Shown: positions 19,196 to 27,827 of the stretch, piece after piece
Layout: each line of letters opens with the position of its first letter
Numbering within the stretch: position 1 is the first letter of the stretch
From: an uncultured delta proteobacterium
GTDB lineage: Bacteria > Myxococcota_A > UBA9160 > SMWR01
Assembly: GCA_963832165.1 (NCBI GenBank)
Contig: CAWHTE010000007.1
Coordinates: 640,001-704,000, forward strand
Reading direction: 5' to 3'
Length of the DNA stretch: 64,000 nt
Notes under the pieces: generated by a model
What the model was told of the DNA's origin: nothing
Seen by the model: the letters and a program-made list of their open reading frames with translations, nothing else
The model's database searches: none
Made by a program: the position numbers and the translations under genes

Positions 19196-20404
19196 ATGAA
19201 GGTCGAGATCGGCGGGGAGGCGTGCGGGCCGCTCGCGGGAATCCGCGTGTTGGATTTCACCACCGTGGTGTCGGGACCGCTATGCACCCAGGTGCTCGGC
19301 GATCTCGGGGCCGATGTCGTGAAGGTGGAAGCGCCGCGCGGAGACAGCGCGCGGCGCATGGGTCCGCCGTTTCGCGCCGGGCTAGGCCCGGTCTGGGTGC
19401 AGTTCAACCGCAACAAGCGCGCGATCGTGATCGACCTCCAGAAACCCGCCGGCGTCGCGGTCGCGCGGCGCATCGCGGCGCGCTCGGACGTGGTGGTCGA
19501 GAACTTCCGGCCCGGCGTTGCGGATCGGCTCGGCGTCGGCCACACCGCGCTCTCGGCCGAAAATCCGCGCCTCGTGTACGCCGCGATCAGCGGCTTCGGT
19601 CCCGATGGCCCTTACGCCGATCAACCCGCCTACGACACGGTGATCCAAGGACTCTCGGGCTTCATGCACACGCAGGGCACGCCCGAGCAGCCCGCGCTCG
19701 TGCGCGGAATCGCCGCCGACAAGGCCACCGGGCTCACGGCCGCGTCGGCCGTGATCGCGGCGCTGTTCGCGCGCGAGCGCACGGGGCGTGGGCAGCGCAT
19801 CGACGTGCCGATGCTCGACGCCTACGCCGCATTTGCGCTGCCGGACGTGCTGGGTCCCGAATCGTTCTATCCGGTCGAGGAGCAGCCCGCCGGGATGCTC
19901 ACGGCGACGAACATCCACCGCACCTGGCAGACCGCGGACGGCCACGTCGTGATGATGATCGTCGAGGACGCGCAGTTCTCGGCGATCTGCCGCGCGCTCG
20001 ACTGCACCGATCTCGAATCCGATCCGCGCTTCGACGGCCTGCTCTCGCGACTCGCGAACGGCGTGGCGCTCTACGATCTGCTCGAGGTCGAGCTCGCGAA
20101 GTGGAACACGGCGGTGCTCGTGGAGCGCGCGCGGCGCTTCGGCGCGCCACTGGCACCCGTGAACGGCGTGCGCGAGTTCATGGCCGATCCGCAGGTGCGC
20201 GCGAACCGCACTGTGTTCGAGGTGGAGGACCCGCGCGCAGGCACGCTGCGCCAGCTCGCGCACCCCGCGCGCTATTCCGAGACACCCGCGTCGCTGCGGC
20301 GGTTGCCTCCGCAGCGCGGCGAGCACACCGACGAAGTCCTCGCGGAGGTCGGCTACGGCGCGGTCGAGATCGGCGAGCTCCGCGCAAGCGGCGCGATCGC
20401 CTGA
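19196..20404 (+). CDS. Family III CoA transferase (CaiB/BaiF)
   Basis: DFTTVVSGP, GADVVKVE, NRNKR, ENFRPG, AYDTVIQ. Confidence 0.9.
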   Translation: MKVEIGGEACGPLAGIRVLDFTTVVSGPLCTQVLGDLGADVVKVEAPRGDSARRMGPPFRAGLGPVWVQFNRNKRAIVIDLQKPAGVAVARRIAARSDVVVENFRPGVADRLGVGHTALSAENPRLVYAAISGFGPDGPYADQPAYDTVIQGLSGFMHTQGTPEQPALVRGIAADKATGLTAASAVIAALFARERTGRGQRIDVPMLDAYAAFALPDVLGPESFYPVEEQPAGMLTATNIHRTWQTADGHVVMMIVEDAQFSAICRALDCTDLESDPRFDGLLSRLANGVALYDLLEVELAKWNTAVLVERARRFGAPLAPVNGVREFMADPQVRANRTVFEVEDPRAGTLRQLAHPARYSETPASLRRLPPQRGEHTDEVLAEVGYGAVEIGELRASGAIA

Positions 20405-20408
20405 GCGC

Positions 20409-20672
20409 TCAGATCCCGAGCCGCGCGAGCGCCTCGGCCACGGCTCCGATCGCGAGCGTGAGGCGCGGGTGGGTTTCCTCGAAGTGGCTCGTGGCGTCCT
20501 GGAGGCGGTCGGCGAGCGATTGAGGCTCGTGCTCCTCGCGCTCGATGTGCTCGCGCACGTCCGCGATCAGCTGCTCGAGGCGCTTGCGCTCGGGGGCCGA
20601 AAGCGAGGCGCTCGCGGCGAGCTCGCTGCGGAGCTGCTCCACCCTTTCGGACAAGGCGCGTCGCGACGTCAT
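20409..20672 (-). CDS. DUF4404-like small helical protein
   Basis: C-terminal FEETHPRL...LARLGI. Confidence 0.7.
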   Translation of the reverse strand: MTSRRALSERVEQLRSELAASASLSAPERKRLEQLIADVREHIEREEHEPQSLADRLQDATSHFEETHPRLTLAIGAVAEALARLGI

Positions 20673-21472
20673 CGCGCGAAATGTCCCGCGCGCAGGAACG
20701 CGATCGCCTGCCGCGCCACCTCCGCGTTGCGCATGATGAATGTATGCGACACGTCCACCTCGATGAAGTCGCGCATGCCCGCGAGCTGCGTGCTCGTCAC
20801 CGACACGGTGCCGTCGTTGATACCCTCGATGAACGCCTGCCCGAGCGGGTTGATGCTTCCGGTGCCCGCGATCACACCGAGCTCGAAGTCCGCGCGCGGC
20901 AGTCGATTGGGCAGGCTCGTGGGCCCAGTGCCGAGCTGCACTGCGGTCGGCCCCATCACCAGCGCAAAGAGCTTCCAGTCGCCCGCGACGTCGACGTACT
21001 CGCTGCCGTGATTGGGCGGAGCCAGCATCACGACCCGCCCGAGCTGCGGCATGGGATGCCGCGCGAGATACGCGCGCACCATCACGCCGCCGAGCGAGTG
21101 GGTCACGAAGTGCACGCGGCCGGACCACGCGCAGCAGGCCGAGATCTCGCGGTGCAGCACCTCGACGATCGCCTCGGGCGTCTCACGCGTGGACGGATAG
21201 TCGAGGTTGTGCACTCGATAGCCCGCCTCGGCGAGGTCGCGCGCGAGCGGGCGCATCACGCGCGCACTGCGTCCGAGGCCGTGCAGCAGCACGACGTCTT
21301 CGGGCGCGGATGTCGCTACCGGGTCGGCCGCGGAATCGACCGGATCGACGGCGCGCGGATCGCGCGCGCCGCGATCGAGCTCCGCACGCGAGACTCCGAC
21401 CCCGCCCAGCAGCAGCGCGGCGCACGTCAGCGCAAGTGCGCTGCGTCTGCCGAGCTGCGAGAGGGGGGTCAC
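20669..21472 (-). CDS. Exported alpha/beta hydrolase (lipase-like)
   Basis: VVLLHGL, THSLGG nucleophile elbow, APPNHGS, NDGTV, SHTFI. Confidence 0.85.
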   Translation of the reverse strand: MTPLSQLGRRSALALTCAALLLGGVGVSRAELDRGARDPRAVDPVDSAADPVATSAPEDVVLLHGLGRSARVMRPLARDLAEAGYRVHNLDYPSTRETPEAIVEVLHREISACCAWSGRVHFVTHSLGGVMVRAYLARHPMPQLGRVVMLAPPNHGSEYVDVAGDWKLFALVMGPTAVQLGTGPTSLPNRLPRADFELGVIAGTGSINPLGQAFIEGINDGTVSVTSTQLAGMRDFIEVDVSHTFIMRNAEVARQAIAFLRAGHFAR

Positions 21473-21530
21473 AGCGCGCAGTCTATCCGACGGCTGGCAC
21501 CGACGCGCGCGTCGGTGCCCGAGCCGGGGT

Positions 21531-21716
21531 TCAGCGCCCCAGCCGAAGGACGAGCGTGGCGCCGATCGTCTCGGCCTCGAGATTGTTCCACTGCGCGAGC
21601 AGCCGGCACCGCGTCACTTGAGCGCTTCCCGGGGAGCCCATCTTCACGCGCAGCTCGCCACCGCGGCTGCGATTCAAACGATCGATCACCTTCGACCAGT
21701 CTCTCGGCTTTCGCAC
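21531..21716 (-). CDS. Small basic hypothetical protein (61 aa)
   Basis: GGGGAGAG RBS 7 nt before GTG; TATGCT -10 candidate at 21803-21808. Confidence 0.65.
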   Translation of the reverse strand: MRKPRDWSKVIDRLNRSRGGELRVKMGSPGSAQVTRCRLLAQWNNLEAETIGATLVLRLGR

Positions 21717-21735
21717 GGCAGATCTCTCCCCGCCA

Positions 21736-21822
21736 GAATGAGTAAGTTGGAATGAGTAGGTTGAAATAGCAGACGCTGCTGAATAGCAGATCTGCTGAAA
21801 ATAGCATAGCGACTTTTGTCGC
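21736..21822. repeat. Tandem direct repeats and palindromes upstream of the 61-aa gene
   Basis: GAATGAGTA(A/G)GTTG x2 (21736-21763); AATAGCA x3 including palindrome AGCAGATCTGCT; GCGAC-TTTT-GTCGC. Confidence 0.7.
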
Positions 21823-21960
21823 CCCGCTAGTCGATGATTCGGATTCTTGCGCGATAGGGGATGGGTGACGGCGGATCACACCCCCATTTTCGGGCATCGA
21901 ATCAGCAGCCGATGGAAAAAAGGCCATCGCCGTCGGAGACGCATGATCGGCGCCCGATCG

Positions 21961-21998
21961 CGTTAAGGCGGGCGTTAATCGCCGTTAATCAGCGTTAA
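21961..21998. repeat. Four phased CGTTAA repeats
   Basis: CGTTAA at 21961, 21973, 21983, 21993. Confidence 0.75.
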
Positions 21999-22059
21999 GC
22001 GGCTGTTTAGCCCGCCGGTCCTTTATTGCCCCATGGCTGTCCGACCGGGCCGATATGTC

Positions 22060-22545
22060 TCAGGAATCTTCCGCTGCGTCGACCATCCAATAGCGCTGCA
22101 TCAACTCGCTCGACCAACGCGGCTGGCGCACATCCTCGCGGGGCAGGAACTCCTGCATCACGGGCTTGATGTCGAGCACGGGCGTCCCGTCGACGGCGTC
22201 GAGCTCGGCGACGTGGAGCACCCGGCCCTCGCGCCGCACGATGCGCACGATCGTGCTGCCGATCCGATTCGGACGCCCCTTGCCTCGCTGCGCGAAGATG
22301 CCCACGGCGGGCCAGGCGCGGTTGTTCCGCGGATGACGCGCTCCCGCCACGATCTTCGCGGGATCGACACGATCGAAGAAGAACAGGATCTCCGCGTGCG
22401 AGAACTGTTCGATCCCATCGAGTGCATCTGCCTCGAAGCGGGGTTCGAGCACGATCTGCGCTTCGATCCCGCCCCAGTCGTCGTCGCGCACCTCGGCGCG
22501 CGGCGAACGCACGACCGCGATCGGCTCGAGCTCGATCTTCTCCAT
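22060..22545 (-). CDS. TsaA/TrmO-like SAM-binding protein (short form)
   Basis: VGIFAQR...RPNRIG, LDAVDGTPVLDIKP. Confidence 0.8.
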   Translation of the reverse strand: MEKIELEPIAVVRSPRAEVRDDDWGGIEAQIVLEPRFEADALDGIEQFSHAEILFFFDRVDPAKIVAGARHPRNNRAWPAVGIFAQRGKGRPNRIGSTIVRIVRREGRVLHVAELDAVDGTPVLDIKPVMQEFLPREDVRQPRWSSELMQRYWMVDAAEDS

Positions 22546-22642
22546 CGCGCGACTCTATCACGCGCAAACCGCCGGAATCCGTGCACGTTCAGCAGCGCGG
22601 GCGTCCGGCCGAAGGAGCCCTTCTGGACCGAGGAGGACCACC

Positions 22643-22864
22643 ATGGGCAAGGCCGTCGGATTGTTGCTGGCCGTCGCCGGGATCTGGATCACGGTCGAGG
22701 TCTACACGCAGGGATACAACAACGCATTCGACGGGCGCCTCGCGTCGCTGTTCGGCAGCGAGCAAGCAGCTCCGAGCGGCACCACCCCGCAGCGCGTGGG
22801 CAATGCGGTGGGCAGGGCGCACCAGGAGCGCGACGCGCGCTACGACACGCTGATTCCCGAGTAG
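22643..22864 (+). CDS. Small membrane-anchored hypothetical protein (73 aa)
   Basis: GAGGAGGA RBS; N-terminal hydrophobic helix. Confidence 0.6.
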   Translation: MGKAVGLLLAVAGIWITVEVYTQGYNNAFDGRLASLFGSEQAAPSGTTPQRVGNAVGRAHQERDARYDTLIPE

Positions 22865-23311
22865 CTACGCGCGGCCGAGTGCTTCGGCGCGCGCCTTGAG
22901 CGCGTTGCTCATCGCAGTGAAGCCCGCGCGAAGCCGGCGGCCGAGCAGGAGCGATACGAGCGGCGCGAGCCAGCCCGCGAGCTCGAAGTGGGAGACGTAG
23001 CGCGTGCGCGCGGGTCCCAGGGCCGTGACCTCGTGCGATCGCCGACTCACGAGCGCGCCGAGCCGCGTCGGCGGAAGCCCATAGCACAGGCGATGCCCGC
23101 GCTCGTGCTCGAGGATCTGCTCGCGCTGTGGCTGCGCGAAGCTCGCGAATAAACGCACGCGCATCGAGATGGGATCCCCGACCACGAGCGTCGACGCACA
23201 CGACGCCACGAACGGGTTCCACTCGGGATAGCTCGCGAGATCGCACACCACCGACCAGACGCGGTCGGCCGGAGCATCGACCGAGAGTACGTGATCGATC
23301 ACGAGCGGCAT
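22865..23311 (-). CDS. SRPBCC/START domain protein
   Basis: VDAPADRVWSVVCDLASYPEWNPF; MSNALKARAE. Confidence 0.8.
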   Translation of the reverse strand: MPLVIDHVLSVDAPADRVWSVVCDLASYPEWNPFVASCASTLVVGDPISMRVRLFASFAQPQREQILEHERGHRLCYGLPPTRLGALVSRRSHEVTALGPARTRYVSHFELAGWLAPLVSLLLGRRLRAGFTAMSNALKARAEALGRA

Positions 23312-23333
23312 CGCGCGCAACCCGCTGGGCGAA

Positions 23334-23723
23334 TCAGGCGGCGGCTGACGCCGCGTGCCCGCGCAGCAGCCACAGGGCGATCGCGGTCGAGCCCCATTCG
23401 AGAACGAGCGCGAATACCGTGTACGAAGTCACTTCGCCGATCGAGATCGTCGCGACGAGCCGCGCCAGCGCGAGCCCCGCGAACACGAAGCACCCCGCGA
23501 CCAGTGCGGGACGAATCAGCGCCGGGCGCAGCGTCGCCGCCAGCGCGAGCGCGCCGATCCCGGCCTGCAGACCGCCGTACATCGCGCGCAGCTCGATCGT
23601 GCCGGTTGCGGTCGACGCGGCGACGCCAGCTGCCTCCGCGAGATAGCCCGGCACGAAGAAGCAGTAGAGGCCGTACGGGAGCCAGATCAGAGCCGTGATC
23701 GCAAAGAAGATCTGGGCCGCCAT
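23334..23723 (-). CDS. DUF4345-like membrane protein
   Basis: ELRAMYGGL, GLALARL, four TM segments. Confidence 0.7.
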   Translation of the reverse strand: MAAQIFFAITALIWLPYGLYCFFVPGYLAEAAGVAASTATGTIELRAMYGGLQAGIGALALAATLRPALIRPALVAGCFVFAGLALARLVATISIGEVTSYTVFALVLEWGSTAIALWLLRGHAASAAA

Positions 23724-23732
23724 GCGCGCAGC

Positions 23733-24350
23733 CTACCCTATGCCCTGACCGAAAGTCGCGCCCCCCGCGCGCAGAAAGGCCAGCTCCTCGGGCGTCGATG
23801 TGCGGCCGAGCGCCTGGTTGCGGTGAGGAAAGCGTCCGAAGCGCTCGATCAATGCCAGGTGCTGCCGCGCGTAGTTCGAGTAGGTCGCGAGCACCGGTTG
23901 CCAGGCCGACGGCGCTGCGCGCGCGATCCGCTCGGACAGCCGCACGCACTCGCGCTGCGCTTCGACCGACTCGCTGTGCTCGAAGGGCAGGATCAGGAAC
24001 GCCTGCTCGATCGGGGTGAGCCGGTCGAGGTGACCCGCGGCGACGGCGGCGGTTGCGGTCTCGAGCGCTTCCGAGTCATACGCGAACGCGCGCGGGCTGC
24101 CGCGCCAGACGTTGCGCGGGAACTGATCGAGCAGCACCACGAGTGCGAGTGCCGAGCGCGGATCCTGCGCCCAGTGCGCGAGTTCCCCGCGCGCGGCCGC
24201 CTCGATCGCGGCCGCGAAGCGCTCTCGCACTGCCACATCGGTCGCCGGCGACGCTTCGAACCAGAATTTCTCCCGGGCGTCCGCGCGCGCGGGATCGCCG
24301 GGCGCGTCGCCGAGCCAGAAGTCGAGCACCGATTGCGGGTCGATCGACAC
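23733..24350 (-). CDS. DUF924 family protein
   Basis: VLDFW, LDQFPRN, PFEHSE, FGRFPHRN. Confidence 0.85.
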   Translation of the reverse strand: MSIDPQSVLDFWLGDAPGDPARADAREKFWFEASPATDVAVRERFAAAIEAAARGELAHWAQDPRSALALVVLLDQFPRNVWRGSPRAFAYDSEALETATAAVAAGHLDRLTPIEQAFLILPFEHSESVEAQRECVRLSERIARAAPSAWQPVLATYSNYARQHLALIERFGRFPHRNQALGRTSTPEELAFLRAGGATFGQGIG

Positions 24351-24428
24351 GCAGAACTCCGGAATGACGAGGTGAGCCGGGGGCGAGCGCGCAGGCTGCG
24401 CCGCGACGTTCTGCCGCCCCCGGGCTCC

Positions 24429-25859
24429 CTACTCTCGCCTTTCCCCCACCATCCCGTCGAGTCGCGCGCACAACGCCTCCACCTGGTAGCGCAGCGGTGC
24501 GCTCTCCAGGATCCGGCGCTCCACCTTGCGCACCGCGTTCGCCGCCGCGGAGTGGTCGCGGCCGAGCGCCGCGCCGATCTCCGACAGCGAAGAGCCCGTG
24601 TAGCGGTGGCACAGAAACATCGCGAGCTGGCGCGGCAGAAGCACGTCGCGGCGCCGCGAGCGCGCGGCGAGCTCGTCGGCGCGCTGCTTGAAATAGGCCG
24701 CCACCGTCTCCACCACGTCGCGGATCGCGAGCGGGTGCCGAAGACCCGGGATCGGCGCGAGCTTGCGCAGCGCGACCAGCGTGAGCTCGACGTCGATCGG
24801 GCGCTTGAGCAGCGACGCCGTCGCGACGAGCTGGATCAGCACGCTCTCGAGGTCGCGCACGCTGCCGCGCACCGATTCCACGATCATCTCGCGGCAACGG
24901 TCCGGCAGGCGAACGCCGCCGTCGGCCGCGCGCTGGCGCAGGATCTCTCGCCGCACGATCGCATCGGGAGCCTCGAGCTCGGCGACGAGTCCGGAGGAGA
25001 TCTTCGAGCGCAGCCGGGGGTCGAGCCCCTCGAGGTCGCGCGGCATGCGGTCGGCCGTGAGCACGACACGCGCCCCGACGTCGAGCAGGTGGCACAGCGT
25101 GTGGAAGAGCTCGAGCTGGGTCGCCTTTTTGCGCGCGTCGAGAAACTGCACGTCTTCGAGCACGAGCAGCCGGCATCCGTGGCGGAAGCGGCGCTTGAAC
25201 TCGTCGATGCGCCGCGACTGCAGCGAGCGCGTGAAGTCGTTCGTGAACGCCTCGGCCGAGGCGTAGATCGCGCGCGCTTCGCCGCACTGGCGCGCCTCGT
25301 TCACGATCGCGCGCGCGAGGTGGGTCTTGCCGAGACCCTGGGCGGCCGTGAGCACGAGCGGGTTCAGCGAGTGCTGGGTGCTGCGCGCGACCGCGAGCGA
25401 CGCCTCGCGCGCGAGCGCATTGCACGATCCGACCACGAAATTGTCGAATCGATACGGAAACTCGCGCTGCAGATCGGGCGCGGAGCACTGCCCGTTCCCG
25501 TTCACGGGCGGAGCCGCCGTGGGCTGGAGCCGCGGCACCGAGTTGGTCGGCGTGGGCGCCGGGTGTGCCTCGATCGGCGCACTTCGCAGCGGCGGCGCCA
25601 CCACGAGGTCCACGGCGACGGGCACGCCGGCCTCGGCTGCGGCGCAGCGCTCGATCTCGCTGAGAAAGCGCTCTCGTACGCGATCGCGGTGGAACGCGGT
25701 CGGGCAGCCCAGCGTCAGGCGATCGCCCGCTGCGCCGTCCTTCCGAGCATCGCCGCGCGGAACGAGCGGGCCGATCCACGCTTCCAGGGCGAACGGGGGC
25801 ATCTCGGCTCCGAGCCGGCGGAGGACGCCGTCCCAGAGCGTCGGGGGGGTGGTCTGCAT
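24429..25859 (-). CDS. dnaA: Divergent DnaA paralogue (domains I-IV present)
   Basis: YRFDNFVVGSCN, GLGKTHL, LEDVQF, QLELFH, SVRDLES, PRQLAMFL, GRDHS; no dnaN or canonical DnaA boxes nearby. Confidence 0.85.
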   Translation of the reverse strand: MQTTPPTLWDGVLRRLGAEMPPFALEAWIGPLVPRGDARKDGAAGDRLTLGCPTAFHRDRVRERFLSEIERCAAAEAGVPVAVDLVVAPPLRSAPIEAHPAPTPTNSVPRLQPTAAPPVNGNGQCSAPDLQREFPYRFDNFVVGSCNALAREASLAVARSTQHSLNPLVLTAAQGLGKTHLARAIVNEARQCGEARAIYASAEAFTNDFTRSLQSRRIDEFKRRFRHGCRLLVLEDVQFLDARKKATQLELFHTLCHLLDVGARVVLTADRMPRDLEGLDPRLRSKISSGLVAELEAPDAIVRREILRQRAADGGVRLPDRCREMIVESVRGSVRDLESVLIQLVATASLLKRPIDVELTLVALRKLAPIPGLRHPLAIRDVVETVAAYFKQRADELAARSRRRDVLLPRQLAMFLCHRYTGSSLSEIGAALGRDHSAAANAVRKVERRILESAPLRYQVEALCARLDGMVGERRE

Positions 25860-26219
25860 TCCGACGATCTTTGGAGGATTACGAACGTTTTACGCCGGAT
25901 TTCCCTAAATCACCCAACCTGAACCCGGCGCGGGTCGCGAGTAGACCACTTCACCCAAATGTGCGCAAACTCGGTACCTGCCGTGAACTCCATCCCCCCG
26001 ACACCGTTCTGTAACGTTCAAACGCGGGCCCACTCCGTCGGAGGAACGCGGGTTGTTGCGAGTGAACGTGAACGAAATCCGCGCACTTCGCTCGGCTTTG
26101 GAGAAAGTGTCGCGAGTTCGTGACGGCGCGGAACCCCGCTCGTTTCGCCGGAGCCGATCTCGAAAATTCGACTTCGTTCATGTTCTTTCGACGAAATGCG
26201 CGAATTTTCAACACTCGAC

Positions 26220-26885
26220 TCAGTGGAGGTGGTGGCGGCCCCCTCCACTGCTCTCGAGCTCGAGTCGCTGGAACGAGAGCGCGCTCGCGAGCCGTGCGTA
26301 GCGCGCGGGGATGTCGTCGGCCTCGATCAGCGCCTGCTTCTCCTCGGTCGGGAACGCGAACGCGTTCGAAACGGCGTTGACGAAGGTCTCGTCGTCGACG
26401 CCTCCGAACAATTCCGGGTCGAATGCGTGCGATCTGTCGGGTTGGGCGTGGCGGATCAGGATGCCGACGTCCACGGTGATCCCGGCGCGCAGACGCGCCA
26501 CGCGGGCGCGCTCCGTCTCCGGATACGAATCCTCGAGCCGGACCACCCGCGCGACGCGATACAGGCGCGATTCGGTGCGCGGCTCCTCGGCGACGATCCG
26601 CACGCGATGCTCGCCGAGCAGCACGATGTTGTAGCGGCCGTCCGGCATGCGGTTCGATTCGGTGATCAGGCCCGAACACGCGATCGGGTAGACCGGCGGG
26701 TCGGCCGGCATCTCGTCGACGTGCTCGGGGCGCACGACCGCCATCGCGATCCGTCGGTCGGCCTGGAGCACGTCGCGGGCGAGCTGCCGGTAGCGGGGCT
26801 CGAACAGATGCAGCGGCGTCTTCACGCGCGGGAACAGCACCACGTTCGAAAGCGGGAAGATCGGCAGCAGCTCGGTCTCGCTCAC
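26220..26885 (-). CDS. Stand-alone LON substrate-binding-domain protein
   Basis: LPIFPL...VLFP...LHLFEPRYR, DGRYNI, EKQALIE; no ATPase or protease domain. Confidence 0.85.
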   Translation of the reverse strand: MSETELLPIFPLSNVVLFPRVKTPLHLFEPRYRQLARDVLQADRRIAMAVVRPEHVDEMPADPPVYPIACSGLITESNRMPDGRYNIVLLGEHRVRIVAEEPRTESRLYRVARVVRLEDSYPETERARVARLRAGITVDVGILIRHAQPDRSHAFDPELFGGVDDETFVNAVSNAFAFPTEEKQALIEADDIPARYARLASALSFQRLELESSGGGRHHLH

Positions 26886-26921
26886 GGCGTCACGTTACCA
26901 AAGGGGGTGCGTTCCGATCGG

Positions 26922-26950
26922 TTGACGGCTCCCGGCTGCATTGGAAGACT
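26922..26950 (+). promoter_or_regulatory. Sigma70-like promoter of the WLM protease gene
   Basis: TTGACG-N17-AAGACT, 8 nt before an in-frame TTG at 26959. Confidence 0.5.
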
Positions 26951-27362
26951 CGCCGCACTTGGATCGAGCCACCGCGCGACGACTGATCGAGCGCCTCAAC
27001 CTCGACGCCGAGCGCATCTCGCGCCGATTCGGTCTGCAGTACCGCTCGATCACCGCGGAGCGGGTCGGTGTGCGCAGCCGCTACGGGGTCTGCTACGCGG
27101 ACGGCGCGATCAAGATCCGCCTGCGACACGCGACCACGGGCCGTCCACTCAAGTACTCGAGCCTCGTGAACACGCTCTGCCACGAGCTGGCGCACTTGCG
27201 GCACTTCAACCACGGGCCGCGCTTCAAGGCCTTCTACTTCGAGATCCTCGACTACGCGCGGGCGCTGGGCATCTATCGCCCCGGACGTCCGCAGGCCCCG
27301 CCCCGGTGGTATTACCGGACCCGCCTCCGCAGCGGGCCGTGCAGCTCAGCCTGTTCGGCTAG
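26941..27362 (+). CDS. WLM/Wss1-like zinc metalloprotease; probable 1-bp deletion near 27320, corrected C-terminus QLSLFG*
   Basis: IKIRLR...TLCHELAHLRHFNHGPRF (HExxH-x5-H); -1 frame reads PPPQRAVQLSLFG-TAG(27360); start may be 26959. Confidence 0.75.
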
Positions 27363-27385
27363 CGAGGCGCGCCCCGCCTGCCTCG

Positions 27386-27586
27386 TCAGGGAGTGAGCTG
27401 ATCGTACTCTTCGAGGGTGTTCGGACCCTCGTCCACCCGCGCGATCACCTGGTCGCACGCGATCGCCTTGTCGAGGATCTCCCGCACCAGGCCCTCCACG
27501 CTCAGCTCGTCGTACTCGGCCATCGCGTCTTCGAGCGCGGTGTCGGACACCGTGATCTCGAGAGCGACCTTGATCGTGACTGACAT
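27386..27586 (-). CDS. Small acidic hypothetical protein (66 aa)
   Basis: GAGGG RBS, GC3-rich codons, MSVTIKVALEITVSD... Confidence 0.65.
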   Translation of the reverse strand: MSVTIKVALEITVSDTALEDAMAEYDELSVEGLVREILDKAIACDQVIARVDEGPNTLEEYDQLTP

Positions 27587-27827
27587 GGACTGGGTTTCCC
27601 TCGTTGCCGGTCGGGCGGCGCCCCAAGCGGGCACCGCCGCAGCGGATCCGCGATCGATTCCGGGAGTTAGGGCGCGAATCTCGAACCTCTCCACGGGCTG
27701 GATGCGGCTGCACCTCGGCGTCGCGCACTAATACGCTAAAGCCTTGAAATTAAAGGACTTTTTGGCCTTAGTCGCGAAAGGATACAACAGCGACCCCCGA
27801 TCAGCCAAGGAAATTTATTGAGATTTC

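Noticed and set aside
21736..21998. CRISPR array or type III toxin-antitoxin repeat array
   Set aside because: Repeats are only 6-17 bp with no unique spacers, no cas genes and no terminator between repeats and ORF.
26086..26098. 13-bp match (CTTCGCTCGGCTT) to the interspersed repeat core
   Set aside because: Too short and flanks do not match; chance or a decayed remnant.
25860..26219. oriC upstream of the dnaA-like gene
   Set aside because: No cluster of TTATCCACA boxes, no AT-rich unwinding element and no dnaN.
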